NCBI RefSeq assembly: GCF_013215215.1
Contig: NZ_JABSOU010000001.1
Length of the DNA stretch: 64,000 nucleotides
Direction: 5' to 3' (one strand)
Source: Cognatishimia sp.
Lineage (GTDB): Bacteria; Pseudomonadota; Alphaproteobacteria; Rhodobacterales; Rhodobacteraceae
Shown: positions 29,776 to 38,970 of the stretch, piece after piece
How positions within the stretch are numbered: the stretch's first letter is position 1
Layout of the letters: the number at the start of each line of letters is the position of its first letter
Notes under the pieces: model-generated
Seen by the model: the letters and a program-made list of their open reading frames with translations, nothing else
Told to the model about the DNA's origin: nothing
Database searches by the model: none
Program-made: the position numbers and the translations under genes

Positions 29776-29913
29776 AGTAATTAACTCATTTTTATATTCT
29801 TGTAAAGTTGCTTTTATTCTGTCGTAAGGTATTTTGGTAATTACTTTTTGGTCAAATAAAAAATCTACATCCATCTCGAAAGATGTTAGTCCTACTATTG
29901 AAACATTCATAGA
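29776..29913 (-). CDS. small hypothetical ORF (45 aa) not in supplied track
   Basis: ATG at 29913 preceded by AAAGGGG; MNVSIVGLTSFEMDVDFLFDQKVITKIPYDRIKATLQEYKNELIT*. Confidence 0.25.
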
Positions 29914-29925
29914 CTGAGAACCCCT

Positions 29926-30363
29926 TTAAGATAGAGGTTGTACTTTATTTTTGTATGACGTAACTATTGCTAATAGAGCATCTTTTGTTATCTCAGATAG
30001 ATATGCCTTATTGTCATAAATATAGTTGACGACTCCTTCAAAGTCTAATAAAGCCCTAAAAGACACCTTTAAAAATTGAGTACCTCCAAGTCTAGCCAAA
30101 ATTAAAGGATCATTCAAAAAAGACTCCTGCTCCTCATAATTAGTACCAAAAGCCTGAATTAATTCACCAGTAGGTACTGTTACTGTATCTGGTTTATCTA
30201 TGTTACTTTGATATTCTTCGTCTGTTATAACTTCGTTTACAGTATGTGTTATTTTACCTTTATTACCTTCTTTAGTCCAGTAGTAAGTAATTTTAAGTTT
30301 ATCGCCATTTTTGCCAATAGCATAAGTCTCTTCTGGATACAAATCTTCTAAATTAATTGACAT
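29926..30363 (-). CDS. hypothetical protein
   Basis: 145-aa ORF abutting the 1180-aa gene. Confidence 0.4.
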   Translation of the reverse strand: MSINLEDLYPEETYAIGKNGDKLKITYYWTKEGNKGKITHTVNEVITDEEYQSNIDKPDTVTVPTGELIQAFGTNYEEQESFLNDPLILARLGGTQFLKVSFRALLDFEGVVNYIYDNKAYLSEITKDALLAIVTSYKNKVQPLS

Positions 30364-33300
30364 TACTCATAAACCTCCCATACTGGTATTACTGCTATAC
30401 TAGAAGTATCAAATCTAAGCCTCACTAACAAATCCCTAGCAAAAGAGTAAGGAAAAGGATAAAAAGGTCCCCTATTATAGCCTGAAGATCCAGAAGTTCC
30501 TGTGTTAAATAAAGTAATACTTCCAGATTGAACTATGTCCTCTTCAGGCTCTGAATCTCTAGTTATTAAAAGTTCATCAATATCAGGTCCATTAGAACTG
30601 CCACTACTTATGTAAAATCCTAGCAATTTACCAGGGCTTGAGCTATTTGTTATATTTAACACTGTGACTAAGCTAGTACTAACAAATACTTGGTTTCCGT
30701 ATCTAACCTTCACTATACTAGTATCTACTTGGGATAGTATAGAAAAACTAGGGGTTAAAACTAATAACCCATTAACATCTTTCTGTCCCGGGGTTGCTTC
30801 TGCTTCTTTAGCTATTAACCTACCTCTGTTAGAAGATGATAATAAACATGATACAGGTTGAGTTTCTACAGCAGTTGATAATAAAGTACCCGCTATTGTA
30901 CTACCTACAGAGTCTGCACCTCTACCTATTAATAAATTGTTTAGACTACTACCCGATCCGATCTCTATAGCAGTCAACCAAAACTCATTCTCTACTATAT
31001 TGAGTGCGGTGTGTGAAACGTTAGTGCCGTTATTAGCTCCAGAGAAAAATGGAGCTATCTCATTGAGATTAACAAGCTCTTGAGCACTGCCAAATACTCC
31101 TGTTGATGGGTTAAATTCGCTAAAGTCTATTTCGTTATCCGCAGAGCTCCCATCGTCAGTCCAGTATATTCTATTAGTACTAACATCGTGAACAGGTCTT
31201 GCTAATCTAGCATTAGTGCTCATAGCACTTTCATTCATATACAAAAAACTATTTCCTGTTCCTGACGGTAAAAGAGTTCCTGAAATATTGATTGCAGTAA
31301 ATTGTACGTTAAACGTAGTATTATACATTAAATTAAAAATAAAATAATCACCTATTACTGTAGAGAAGTTATGTACCCTTTGACTAGGGTCATTATTTTG
31401 CATGTTTCTACTGGTGCTAACTAAGTCTTGATCTATAATGTCAGTGTACGCGCTAGTAGCTGGATCGTACGCTATCTTAGCCATTCTTACTTGAGTACCA
31501 TTTGCATTAGTTCCGTTAGTGATAACAGTATAAGCTACTTTATTTACTTGGTCAATAGCTATATTTGCGATATTCATGTAAGACGTTGATTGCCCCGTAG
31601 AGGTTAAGAATACTTCTCCACGCATTATAAACGAATCTAAGTCGTATGTTCTAACCCTAAGCTCGTTATAAGCTCGCATACTATAGTAAACTACTAAACA
31701 CCTATTATCCTTATCAATATCAAAGTCTATAAAAGTGTGACCATCAGTTGAAGTATTTTTAAACACTTGCATTAATTCTTGATTACTAAACGATTCTGTA
31801 GTTGTATTGTTTCTATATGCTAACCTAAGACTTAAGCTTGTACTTCCTCCAGTGCTATAACCTAAATAGAAGAATGCATCTCTATCTGGGTGTTTTAATA
31901 TTTTATTACCTGACATGTATCTTTGATCATCCCACTGACCGCCAGTTAACGTAGTAGGACTTAGTACAGTAGTAAAATCAGGTTCAAGTATCGAGTAATA
32001 TTTAGAAGTAGATGTACTCTCGTTGTTGTTTAAAACTAAATATCTCCCACTTTTTAATCTCATTACAAAGCCATCACTAAACCCGCTGGTATTATACCCA
32101 GATACGCTATTTACTTGTTTTCCGAACGATACTTTACCTTCTGGAGTTATAGCTAACTCATCCCCCGTAGTGCCTACTCTACCTACTGGGAAATCTGCAT
32201 TAAAAGTAAAACTTACAGTATTATCTACTGTATTAACTTGGTTAGCAGGAACTGTCTTAGATAAAACAGAACCTGTAGCTATTATCAAATCCCCATCGCT
32301 ATCTAGATCTCCTGGGTTAAACCCAGTAGTATCTTTTGAAGATGTTTCACCTTTATACTGATCTAATAAATCTATAGTAGCATTGCCTGCCACACCTGTT
32401 GCATTATACGTTCCTATTAATCTTGAATTTCCTGTAGGTGCTGCATCAAAAGGTAAAGATAAAAAATCTATGTCCAGTAAAATATACCTATCAGCTATAA
32501 TAGGGTTACCGTTGTAGTTGCTATCTCCGTATACTACATAAGTTTTTGTCCCTAATTCATGAACTCCGCTAGGGACTCCATACGGGCTAATATTGTCTTG
32601 TATGTCTAATGCTTCTTCGTCTACTAGTCTAGTTATGTCTGTAATAGTATTTACTGTAAAATTACCACTAGCGTCTATGTCGTATTTAATCACCTTATTA
32701 AGACCTGCAATAGTGATGGTATTAGCTACTTTATCAGTAGCTGGAACATTATACGCACCTGATACTCCAGACATATGTATAGTATCTTGTAAAGTTCTTG
32801 CAGATCCTGTTAGAATGTTGTTAATACTAAATATATAAAACCCTTGTGCTGGTATGCTTAATCCTGTGTTATATTGATTAAAAGACCCAAAACTTCTAAC
32901 TCCCACCATTAAGTTGTCTTGTATAATTTCAGCAAATACAGTCTGACCGCTTGCGACTCTAAAATCACAAGATCCCCCAACTGCATTAGAATATTTACTG
33001 CCATCCCAATCCCATCTATACGTTATAGCACTAGTGCTTTCTCCGTGGAAAAACCATACTATAGAATTATTATGGTAAGCAGTAGCAAAAGGTCTAGTCT
33101 CTAGACCAGAAGGCATTAGGTTATTAACAGTATCTGTACCGTTTTGTGTAAAGTTTCCTGATCCTGAGTATGTCAATGTAAAAATTGTATGATCACCACT
33201 AGATGTTTGAGCTACAGATACTACTTTATTATTATTAGTATCATACATTAAAGTATTATAATAAGCTATAGTACCAGATTGAGTTGTGACTAAATACCCA

Positions 33301-33905
33301 GAAGTATTAGGACAAGTAAATAAGTCTCCAGTAGGATTATATTCAAAAGTCCATATTCTAGTTTCGTATGAAGAAGTATCCCCTGTTTGAACAAATAGTC
33401 TATTTGCATTTGACCCATCCTGTATTATTCTTTGAGCTTTACCGCTTGGTATAAACCCTTGAGACATATTGGATACAGCTACTGTTCTAGTTGCTATAAA
33501 ATTTAGGTCTTCATCGTAAATATGAAATCTTGCAGAATTGCCAGGACCTGTATATGCAATATCAACAAAAACGACATTACCGTTAGATAGCTTGTGCATT
33601 GCTCCGTTTATATTAAAAGTTCCTTCATTACCATTCGTTACTGGTGGGGTAACATTAAAAGCAGGACTCTGATCTTCTATATAAGGATACACATTGCCAT
33701 CTTGATTTAAATATGCGTTATCTCCTTCTGTAAAATCTACAGCACTGTTAAAATCTAATTGTGTTAATGCATTCGATGGATCGGCTGAGCCCCCTAAGTC
33801 TAAGTTATTAATTGCATCTAAAACTTCATTTTTAGATCGTCTTATAGAATCGTCAAGTATTGGATTATAACTGCCCATATTATTATTGTATCGTAATAGT
33901 AACAA
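30363..33905 (-). CDS. giant beta-rich virion protein, candidate host-recognition/adhesin
   Basis: 1180 aa, no NTPase motifs, N/T/S/G/Y-rich. Confidence 0.5.
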   Translation of the reverse strand: MLLLRYNNNMGSYNPILDDSIRRSKNEVLDAINNLDLGGSADPSNALTQLDFNSAVDFTEGDNAYLNQDGNVYPYIEDQSPAFNVTPPVTNGNEGTFNINGAMHKLSNGNVVFVDIAYTGPGNSARFHIYDEDLNFIATRTVAVSNMSQGFIPSGKAQRIIQDGSNANRLFVQTGDTSSYETRIWTFEYNPTGDLFTCPNTSGYLVTTQSGTIAYYNTLMYDTNNNKVVSVAQTSSGDHTIFTLTYSGSGNFTQNGTDTVNNLMPSGLETRPFATAYHNNSIVWFFHGESTSAITYRWDWDGSKYSNAVGGSCDFRVASGQTVFAEIIQDNLMVGVRSFGSFNQYNTGLSIPAQGFYIFSINNILTGSARTLQDTIHMSGVSGAYNVPATDKVANTITIAGLNKVIKYDIDASGNFTVNTITDITRLVDEEALDIQDNISPYGVPSGVHELGTKTYVVYGDSNYNGNPIIADRYILLDIDFLSLPFDAAPTGNSRLIGTYNATGVAGNATIDLLDQYKGETSSKDTTGFNPGDLDSDGDLIIATGSVLSKTVPANQVNTVDNTVSFTFNADFPVGRVGTTGDELAITPEGKVSFGKQVNSVSGYNTSGFSDGFVMRLKSGRYLVLNNNESTSTSKYYSILEPDFTTVLSPTTLTGGQWDDQRYMSGNKILKHPDRDAFFYLGYSTGGSTSLSLRLAYRNNTTTESFSNQELMQVFKNTSTDGHTFIDFDIDKDNRCLVVYYSMRAYNELRVRTYDLDSFIMRGEVFLTSTGQSTSYMNIANIAIDQVNKVAYTVITNGTNANGTQVRMAKIAYDPATSAYTDIIDQDLVSTSRNMQNNDPSQRVHNFSTVIGDYFIFNLMYNTTFNVQFTAINISGTLLPSGTGNSFLYMNESAMSTNARLARPVHDVSTNRIYWTDDGSSADNEIDFSEFNPSTGVFGSAQELVNLNEIAPFFSGANNGTNVSHTALNIVENEFWLTAIEIGSGSSLNNLLIGRGADSVGSTIAGTLLSTAVETQPVSCLLSSSNRGRLIAKEAEATPGQKDVNGLLVLTPSFSILSQVDTSIVKVRYGNQVFVSTSLVTVLNITNSSSPGKLLGFYISSGSSNGPDIDELLITRDSEPEEDIVQSGSITLFNTGTSGSSGYNRGPFYPFPYSFARDLLVRLRFDTSSIAVIPVWEVYE

Positions 33906-34452
33906 TGTCTGTTACTTCACTATCTACTCCTCTCGTTAAAGTTGTTTGATACGTAGTTCCGTTTACTACCTCTTCAAATGTTTCCAAGTCTCCGTTAACG
34001 TCAAAAGTAGGGTTTTGGTAAGTGTAGCCGTTTTCTTGGTAAGTTGTAATCCTTTTTTCTTCGTCTCTGGCGATAGTAGCAGTAGTACTTTTAGTAAATT
34101 TATCTTCTTTTTCTACTTGCAAGTTAGCTATATTTTGATTAGCTGTTACTATAGCTGATGTATTAGTAGATACAGAACCCTCAGCGGCAGTTAACCTAGT
34201 GTCTAAGCCTTGAATAGCTGTTTCATTGTTATCTGCTTTAGTGTTAATAGGGTCTATAGAAGTCCCTATAGAGTCCTCTACAGTTTTTATAGTTGAGTCA
34301 ATAGCTTCTGCTTGTAAATGTAAAGTTTTTTGTGCAGTCCTACCTTGTGTTACATCTACCTCTTCATCTGGATCATCCAAATAAGGGATATTGTAATTAG
34401 TAGTGGTAGGTACTTGTTGTGTGCCTAGTATAGTATCAATGTTTGTAGGCAT
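33883..34452 (-). CDS. fibre-anchor-like protein preceding giant protein
   Basis: 189 aa, start/stop overlap with the 1180-aa gene. Confidence 0.4.
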   Translation of the reverse strand: MPTNIDTILGTQQVPTTTNYNIPYLDDPDEEVDVTQGRTAQKTLHLQAEAIDSTIKTVEDSIGTSIDPINTKADNNETAIQGLDTRLTAAEGSVSTNTSAIVTANQNIANLQVEKEDKFTKSTTATIARDEEKRITTYQENGYTYQNPTFDVNGDLETFEEVVNGTTYQTTLTRGVDSEVTDIVTITIQ

Positions 34453-34564
34453 ATATTATAATGGTACGAAAATACTAGGTCGGGAAATTTAAAAAATATT
34501 TTTAAAACGTTATCCATTTCTTAATAAAAGTGGAATATAATAGATATTAAGAAAGGAGAACATT

Positions 34565-34843
34565 ATGAATTTTTTAAACAACATAGAAGAAATAGAGAAA
34601 TCTCAACAAGAACTATATAAGTATTATAAACAACAATCGGATAACTACTCAATACTTACCTATGAACTAGAAAAAGTAGCAAGAAAAATTGTATCGGCTA
34701 GAAAAGCAATATTATCGCATACAGAGAATATAAATAATTTATACCACTCTGCATGCCACGAGTTAAACACTTTTTTAAATTTGCCAGAAGAAACGGACGG
34801 GATTACTAAAGAATACTTACAAATGGAATTTATGGGAGAATAA
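34565..34843 (+). CDS. hypothetical protein, first gene of sigma operon
   Basis: 92 aa, strong SD AAAGGAGAACATTATG. Confidence 0.5.
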   Translation: MNFLNNIEEIEKSQQELYKYYKQQSDNYSILTYELEKVARKIVSARKAILSHTENINNLYHSACHELNTFLNLPEETDGITKEYLQMEFMGE

Positions 34844-34847
34844 TAAA

Positions 34848-35684
34848 ATGAAAATATTAGAACACGCAGATAAAAACAAATTAGAAAAACAAGAAGAATT
34901 AGAACTTATAATTCAATACCAAGACGGAACTTTAGAACAAAGAAAAAAAGCACTTACTACATTGTTAAAAAAAGATATGCTCTTTATTAAAAAAGTAGCT
35001 AAAAAATACTCTAGAAAAAGAGTAGAGTCATTCACAGAGGAAGACCATTTCGGTAATGGTGTAGTTGGGTATATAACAGCTTTAAATAGGTTTGATAGGA
35101 CTAAGGGTTGTACCTTAAAGACTTATGCAGGAACTTGGATAAGGCAAGCGGTTACTAGGACTATACATGATAAGGATGCAATGATAAGAAAACCTGTACA
35201 CCTAGAGCAAACAATGGCAAAAATGGGGACTAGGCTAGAGCAAGTATTTAAAGATTGTGGCACTTTCAATATTAGGTCTATAAATAAGGAACTAATTACA
35301 GAATTTGGAGAAGATTTAATGAAGGAGGCCAGTTTGTACTACCAAAGCTTATCGGTAAATTCTATTGTAGTTAACCCTGAAAGTGATGCAGACATGAATG
35401 TAAAAGCTACTGGTGTAAGTGAAAATACCTTACCTTCTAAGACTTATCAAAACCCAGTAGATTCTATATTTTATGATCAGCTCAAAGAAAAGATAGAAGA
35501 GATAAGAGAACATGGTGACCAAGATTGCAAGATGGCCCTGCATTATTTATCCTCTGATTTATCTATGAATAAAATTGGGGAGCTGTACGGCATCAAGGCC
35601 ACCTCTACTGTTTCTAAAGTAATAAATAAAGGTAAAATTAAATTAAGGAAATACCTTGGAGGTTTCTATGACTGCATTAATTAG
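34848..35684 (+). CDS. sigma-70 family RNA polymerase sigma factor
   Basis: Region 2 signature TYAGTWIRQAVTRTIHDKDAMIRKPVHL; C-terminal region-4 HTH LSMNKIGELYGIKATSTVSKVINKGKIKLRK; 278 aa. Confidence 0.8.
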   Translation: MKILEHADKNKLEKQEELELIIQYQDGTLEQRKKALTTLLKKDMLFIKKVAKKYSRKRVESFTEEDHFGNGVVGYITALNRFDRTKGCTLKTYAGTWIRQAVTRTIHDKDAMIRKPVHLEQTMAKMGTRLEQVFKDCGTFNIRSINKELITEFGEDLMKEASLYYQSLSVNSIVVNPESDADMNVKATGVSENTLPSKTYQNPVDSIFYDQLKEKIEEIREHGDQDCKMALHYLSSDLSMNKIGELYGIKATSTVSKVINKGKIKLRKYLGGFYDCIN

Positions 35685-35832
35685 TGTGTTTGCGTTCGGG
35701 GCTGGAGCTGTGTATGGAGCTAACTCGGCCAATAAAAACACTAAGGAAAATTTAGAGAGAGCTATATTATCTAAAAGAAATGATATAATAAAGTTATCAC
35801 GAAAAGATGATGGAAATACTAAACTCAAGTGA
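35668..35832 (+). CDS. small membrane protein (54 aa), not in supplied track
   Basis: SD GGAGGTTTCTATG; MTALISVFAFGAGAVYGANSANKN… one TM helix. Confidence 0.4.
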   Translation: MTALISVFAFGAGAVYGANSANKNTKENLERAILSKRNDIIKLSRKDDGNTKLK

Positions 35833-36010
35833 ATTTGACTTAATTTATAGATTAGCTATAATACTTATAGGTATAGAGTGTTTGGGTAGATATATATTTA
35901 GCCATATACCCAAGATAATTAATTTTATTTTTAAAAATATAAAAAAAGGTTTAGTTTTGTTTATATCTGGGATTATTAGTATTATAGATAAAGAAAATAC
36001 TAGGAGGTAG
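35807..36010 (+). CDS. small membrane protein (67 aa)
   Basis: hydrophobic LIYRLAIILIGIECLG and GLVLFISGIISII segments. Confidence 0.45.
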   Translation: MMEILNSSEFDLIYRLAIILIGIECLGRYIFSHIPKIINFIFKNIKKGLVLFISGIISIIDKENTRR

Positions 36011-36012
36011 TT

Positions 36013-36228
36013 ATGTTTATAAGTATTTTATGTTTGTCTTTAGGTTGCGGTATGATGATAGGGGTTTTATTATTCATAGTATGGTTTTTATTATCCCTCT
36101 TACTTTATATTTTAAATTTAGGTAGAGTACCTTTTTTAGATATATTTTCTCCAATAGATGCGGACTTTACTACCGACGGCTCTGAAATTATTCTAGACAA
36201 AGCAGTAGGTAAGAGAAAGTATTGGTAG
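36013..36228 (+). CDS. small membrane protein (71 aa)
   Basis: SD AGGAGGTAGTTATG; two predicted TM helices. Confidence 0.5.
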   Translation: MFISILCLSLGCGMMIGVLLFIVWFLLSLLLYILNLGRVPFLDIFSPIDADFTTDGSEIILDKAVGKRKYW

Positions 36229-36536
36229 TACTAGATACTAGGCACGGTAATAAAAAACACAACAAGACAAAATATGTATATGTTTTTTATGTTGACGAGG
36301 ATAATGTCGTATCAGAAGTTAAATATAATAACGATGATTTTCTTAAGCTACTTAAATCGGAGTTTTGGTATTTTTCAGTAAATAAATTAAAAATAGGTAA
36401 ATCTATATATGAACTTAAAGATATAAAATCTATTGATCATGGTTATAGATGGTATAATAAAAATTACACTGAACCTGTGTATATGGATATAGAGGAAGAT
36501 AGTCAAGCGTTTTCCTCTTTTGCAAATAAATTATGA
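36222..36536 (+). CDS. hypothetical protein
   Basis: 104-aa ORF coupled to Dam gene. Confidence 0.4.
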   Translation: MVVLDTRHGNKKHNKTKYVYVFYVDEDNVVSEVKYNNDDFLKLLKSEFWYFSVNKLKIGKSIYELKDIKSIDHGYRWYNKNYTEPVYMDIEEDSQAFSSFANKL

Positions 36537-37423
36537 TTAAGACACCATTAAGATACCCTGGCGGTAAATCTAAGCACTATAAATATATAGCCCCGCTAAT
36601 AGAGAATATAATAGGTACTAAGAAACCTAAAAATTATATAGAGCCTTATGTCGGTGGGGGGTCAGTATTTTTAAATACGGCACAAAAACATAATGATATG
36701 CATTTTGTAATAAATGATTTACATAAAGAATTATTCTTTTTTTGGCATTATGTATGCCTGTTTGCAAGGTCTTCGCTATTTGAAAACGGTGAGTTTATTA
36801 GGGAAAACTTAGCAATATACAATGAACTACACGAATTAAAATCAAGATATAAGGATGATTACAAAGAACTTTATAATTTAGTAAAAAAAGATAGCACTAA
36901 CGATCTAATGAAGAGAGCTAGAAATTTCTTCATACTTAATAGGGTAACTTTCTCAGGAACTTCTAATAGTGGGGGTTTCTCTAAAAAAGCTGCCGATGGT
37001 AGATTTACTGATTCTTCTATAGAACGACTAGTTGATTGTATTCGTTTTTGTTCCTTTTTAGACGTTACTGCTTTTGGTTATGATGGGGTAAGTTTTATGA
37101 ATGTAAACAATAACCTTGACACAGTTGCTTATATAGACCCCCCTTATTATACAGCTAAGAGATTATATGGGGACAATGGAGATTTACATAAGCAATTTGA
37201 CCACGATCAATTAGCTCACTTTTTAAAATACAGAGCCAGGTTTGATTGGGTATTATCTTATGATAACTGTGATTACGTAAGGGAGAAATATAAAGATTTC
37301 TATATATACCCTATAAGCTTACAATATGGAATGGATAATTACAAACGTAAAACTTGTAAGAAAGGAATGGAGCTTCTTATAACTAACGTAGAGATGCCAG
37401 AAGACTACCAACCATCTATTTGA
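36533..37423 (+). CDS. dam: DNA adenine methyltransferase (Dam family)
   Basis: N-terminal RYPGGKSK motif, FxGxG-like YVGGGSVF SAM pocket, catalytic DPPY motif (YIDPPYY); 296 aa. Confidence 0.85.
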   Translation: MIKTPLRYPGGKSKHYKYIAPLIENIIGTKKPKNYIEPYVGGGSVFLNTAQKHNDMHFVINDLHKELFFFWHYVCLFARSSLFENGEFIRENLAIYNELHELKSRYKDDYKELYNLVKKDSTNDLMKRARNFFILNRVTFSGTSNSGGFSKKAADGRFTDSSIERLVDCIRFCSFLDVTAFGYDGVSFMNVNNNLDTVAYIDPPYYTAKRLYGDNGDLHKQFDHDQLAHFLKYRARFDWVLSYDNCDYVREKYKDFYIYPISLQYGMDNYKRKTCKKGMELLITNVEMPEDYQPSI

Positions 37424-37770
37424 TCTTCAACTATTTTTAAATACGGATCTTCAAAAGGAATTTCAGTTCTCCTAACTTGCCCATCATTATACTCTAAGGC
37501 CATAGCCATAAAATACTTGTTCTTAGCTTCTAGTTTATTTTCTCCGAAGTCGGTTATCAGGTAGTTTATTAGTAAAGCTTTATTAGCATCGTCCTTTACT
37601 AAGCCAGTGTCTGTTATGGTTTTAGACATTAATATAACGTCTGAATAAGAGTCTTGTTTTACAACAAAAATAGCATCAGTTATTTCAGCCATAGTAATAT
37701 TTTTAGCAGTAAGAAAATCTGCTATATCTATAGACTCCGTATCTGTATCACCATATAATTTAATAGCCAT
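37405..37770 (-). CDS. hypothetical protein
   Basis: 121-aa ORF, last gene of minus unit. Confidence 0.4.
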   Translation of the reverse strand: MAIKLYGDTDTESIDIADFLTAKNITMAEITDAIFVVKQDSYSDVILMSKTITDTGLVKDDANKALLINYLITDFGENKLEAKNKYFMAMALEYNDGQVRRTEIPFEDPYLKIVEDQIDGW

Positions 37771-37775
37771 GTATA

Positions 37776-37997
37776 TTAAGTGTAATCTTTTTGTATAACA
37801 TCAGCTTTACTATCACCGTCTAATAACTTAATTTTTATTGGTGATTTATTTTTAAGGGTAACGAAAATGTCTTCTTCTTTAACTTTTAGTGCTAAAGGTT
37901 TCTTGTCACTAATTTTAGGTTTTATGCTGTTGCTTATAGAATTACTAGGTAAAACTACCCCTCCCTGAGCATTATTAAAAAATAAAAATTTAAGCAT
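37776..37997 (-). CDS. hypothetical protein
   Basis: 73-aa ORF. Confidence 0.35.
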   Translation of the reverse strand: MLKFLFFNNAQGGVVLPSNSISNSIKPKISDKKPLALKVKEEDIFVTLKNKSPIKIKLLDGDSKADVIQKDYT

Positions 37998-38580
37998 ATG
38001 GGTCTACCTCATGTATATTATTAGTGCTAGGGCTCCCTTGGGCATCAAAAGTGTTCCATGTTACTAAAGGTGTAGTTCCATCATCGTCTACAGTAGTTAA
38101 AGTATTTGAGTTAGGGTCTAAGGTTGTTTTATTTGAAGCAAGTTTTCTAGATAAAGAGGTATCTGCTAATACTTGATCTCTTTGTGCAGCACTCCATATT
38201 TGTACTGCGGCCCCAGTAGCAACTGCTTGAGTCAGAGAGCTAACCCTTAATTGAATATTTACTTGGAAATCCCCAGAGGTAGGGGCAAATAAAGCCGCAC
38301 TATCAGGTATAGGGAAAAGGTTACCATTAACTATTAAAGTATGATTAGCTTCTTGAGGTTTTATTAACCAGCCATTTTGTAAGAAGAAATAACCCCCAAC
38401 AAACTGACCTCCACCTAAAGGTTCACCACCAACGCTACCAGCGAAAGCAGGTAAGTATTTAGCGTTATCAGATTCAGCTACCCATTCTTTCCACCGAGAA
38501 TATATATCAGCTACGTCAAAACTTGTAGTACCTAAACTTAAAGCTATTATTCTATTTGGGCCATCAAATACAAACGCCAT
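37990..38580 (-). CDS. hypothetical Gly-rich protein
   Basis: 196-aa ORF. Confidence 0.4.
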   Translation of the reverse strand: MAFVFDGPNRIIALSLGTTSFDVADIYSRWKEWVAESDNAKYLPAFAGSVGGEPLGGGQFVGGYFFLQNGWLIKPQEANHTLIVNGNLFPIPDSAALFAPTSGDFQVNIQLRVSSLTQAVATGAAVQIWSAAQRDQVLADTSLSRKLASNKTTLDPNSNTLTTVDDDGTTPLVTWNTFDAQGSPSTNNIHEVDPYA

Positions 38581-38945
38581 TAACTTACCTCTAGTTCCAC
38601 GTCTATATTAAATACGTTTTTTAGTATAAATACGTCAGTTTCATAATCGTTTTGTATTAAGCTAGGTACTTGAATTTGTTGTTCAATAGGTAAGGTTTGT
38701 ATAAGATCTTCAAGTATAAATTCCTTAACTATTCTAGATTCCTCTAAAAAATGTCTTTTACCTTGGGAGTCATCAGCAAATTGTTTATACTCGGCCACTA
38801 TCTTACTGACATACTCATTAGTTTGTACTATACCGTTCTTTCTTTTAACGTAGTCATAGTGCCACTTAGTGTTATGCCATCTATCGTAAATTAGTCTCTC
38901 TTGCTCTGGCGTATTCTCTGTCTGCCTTAGAGTAAATGTTGTCAT
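38580..38945 (-). CDS. hypothetical protein
   Basis: 121-aa ORF. Confidence 0.4.
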   Translation of the reverse strand: MTTFTLRQTENTPEQERLIYDRWHNTKWHYDYVKRKNGIVQTNEYVSKIVAEYKQFADDSQGKRHFLEESRIVKEFILEDLIQTLPIEQQIQVPSLIQNDYETDVFILKNVFNIDVELEVS

Positions 38946-38970
38946 ATTAAAAGTTTACGAAGTAGTAAGG

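Noticed and set aside
30363-33905. 1180-aa protein considered as terminase or polymerase
   Set aside because: No NTPase or polymerase motifs; composition is that of beta-rich structural proteins.
35643-35828. 61-aa minus-strand ORF
   Set aside because: Fully overlaps a plus-strand 54-aa membrane ORF that has a strong SD and fits the operon; antisense ORF lacks an RBS.
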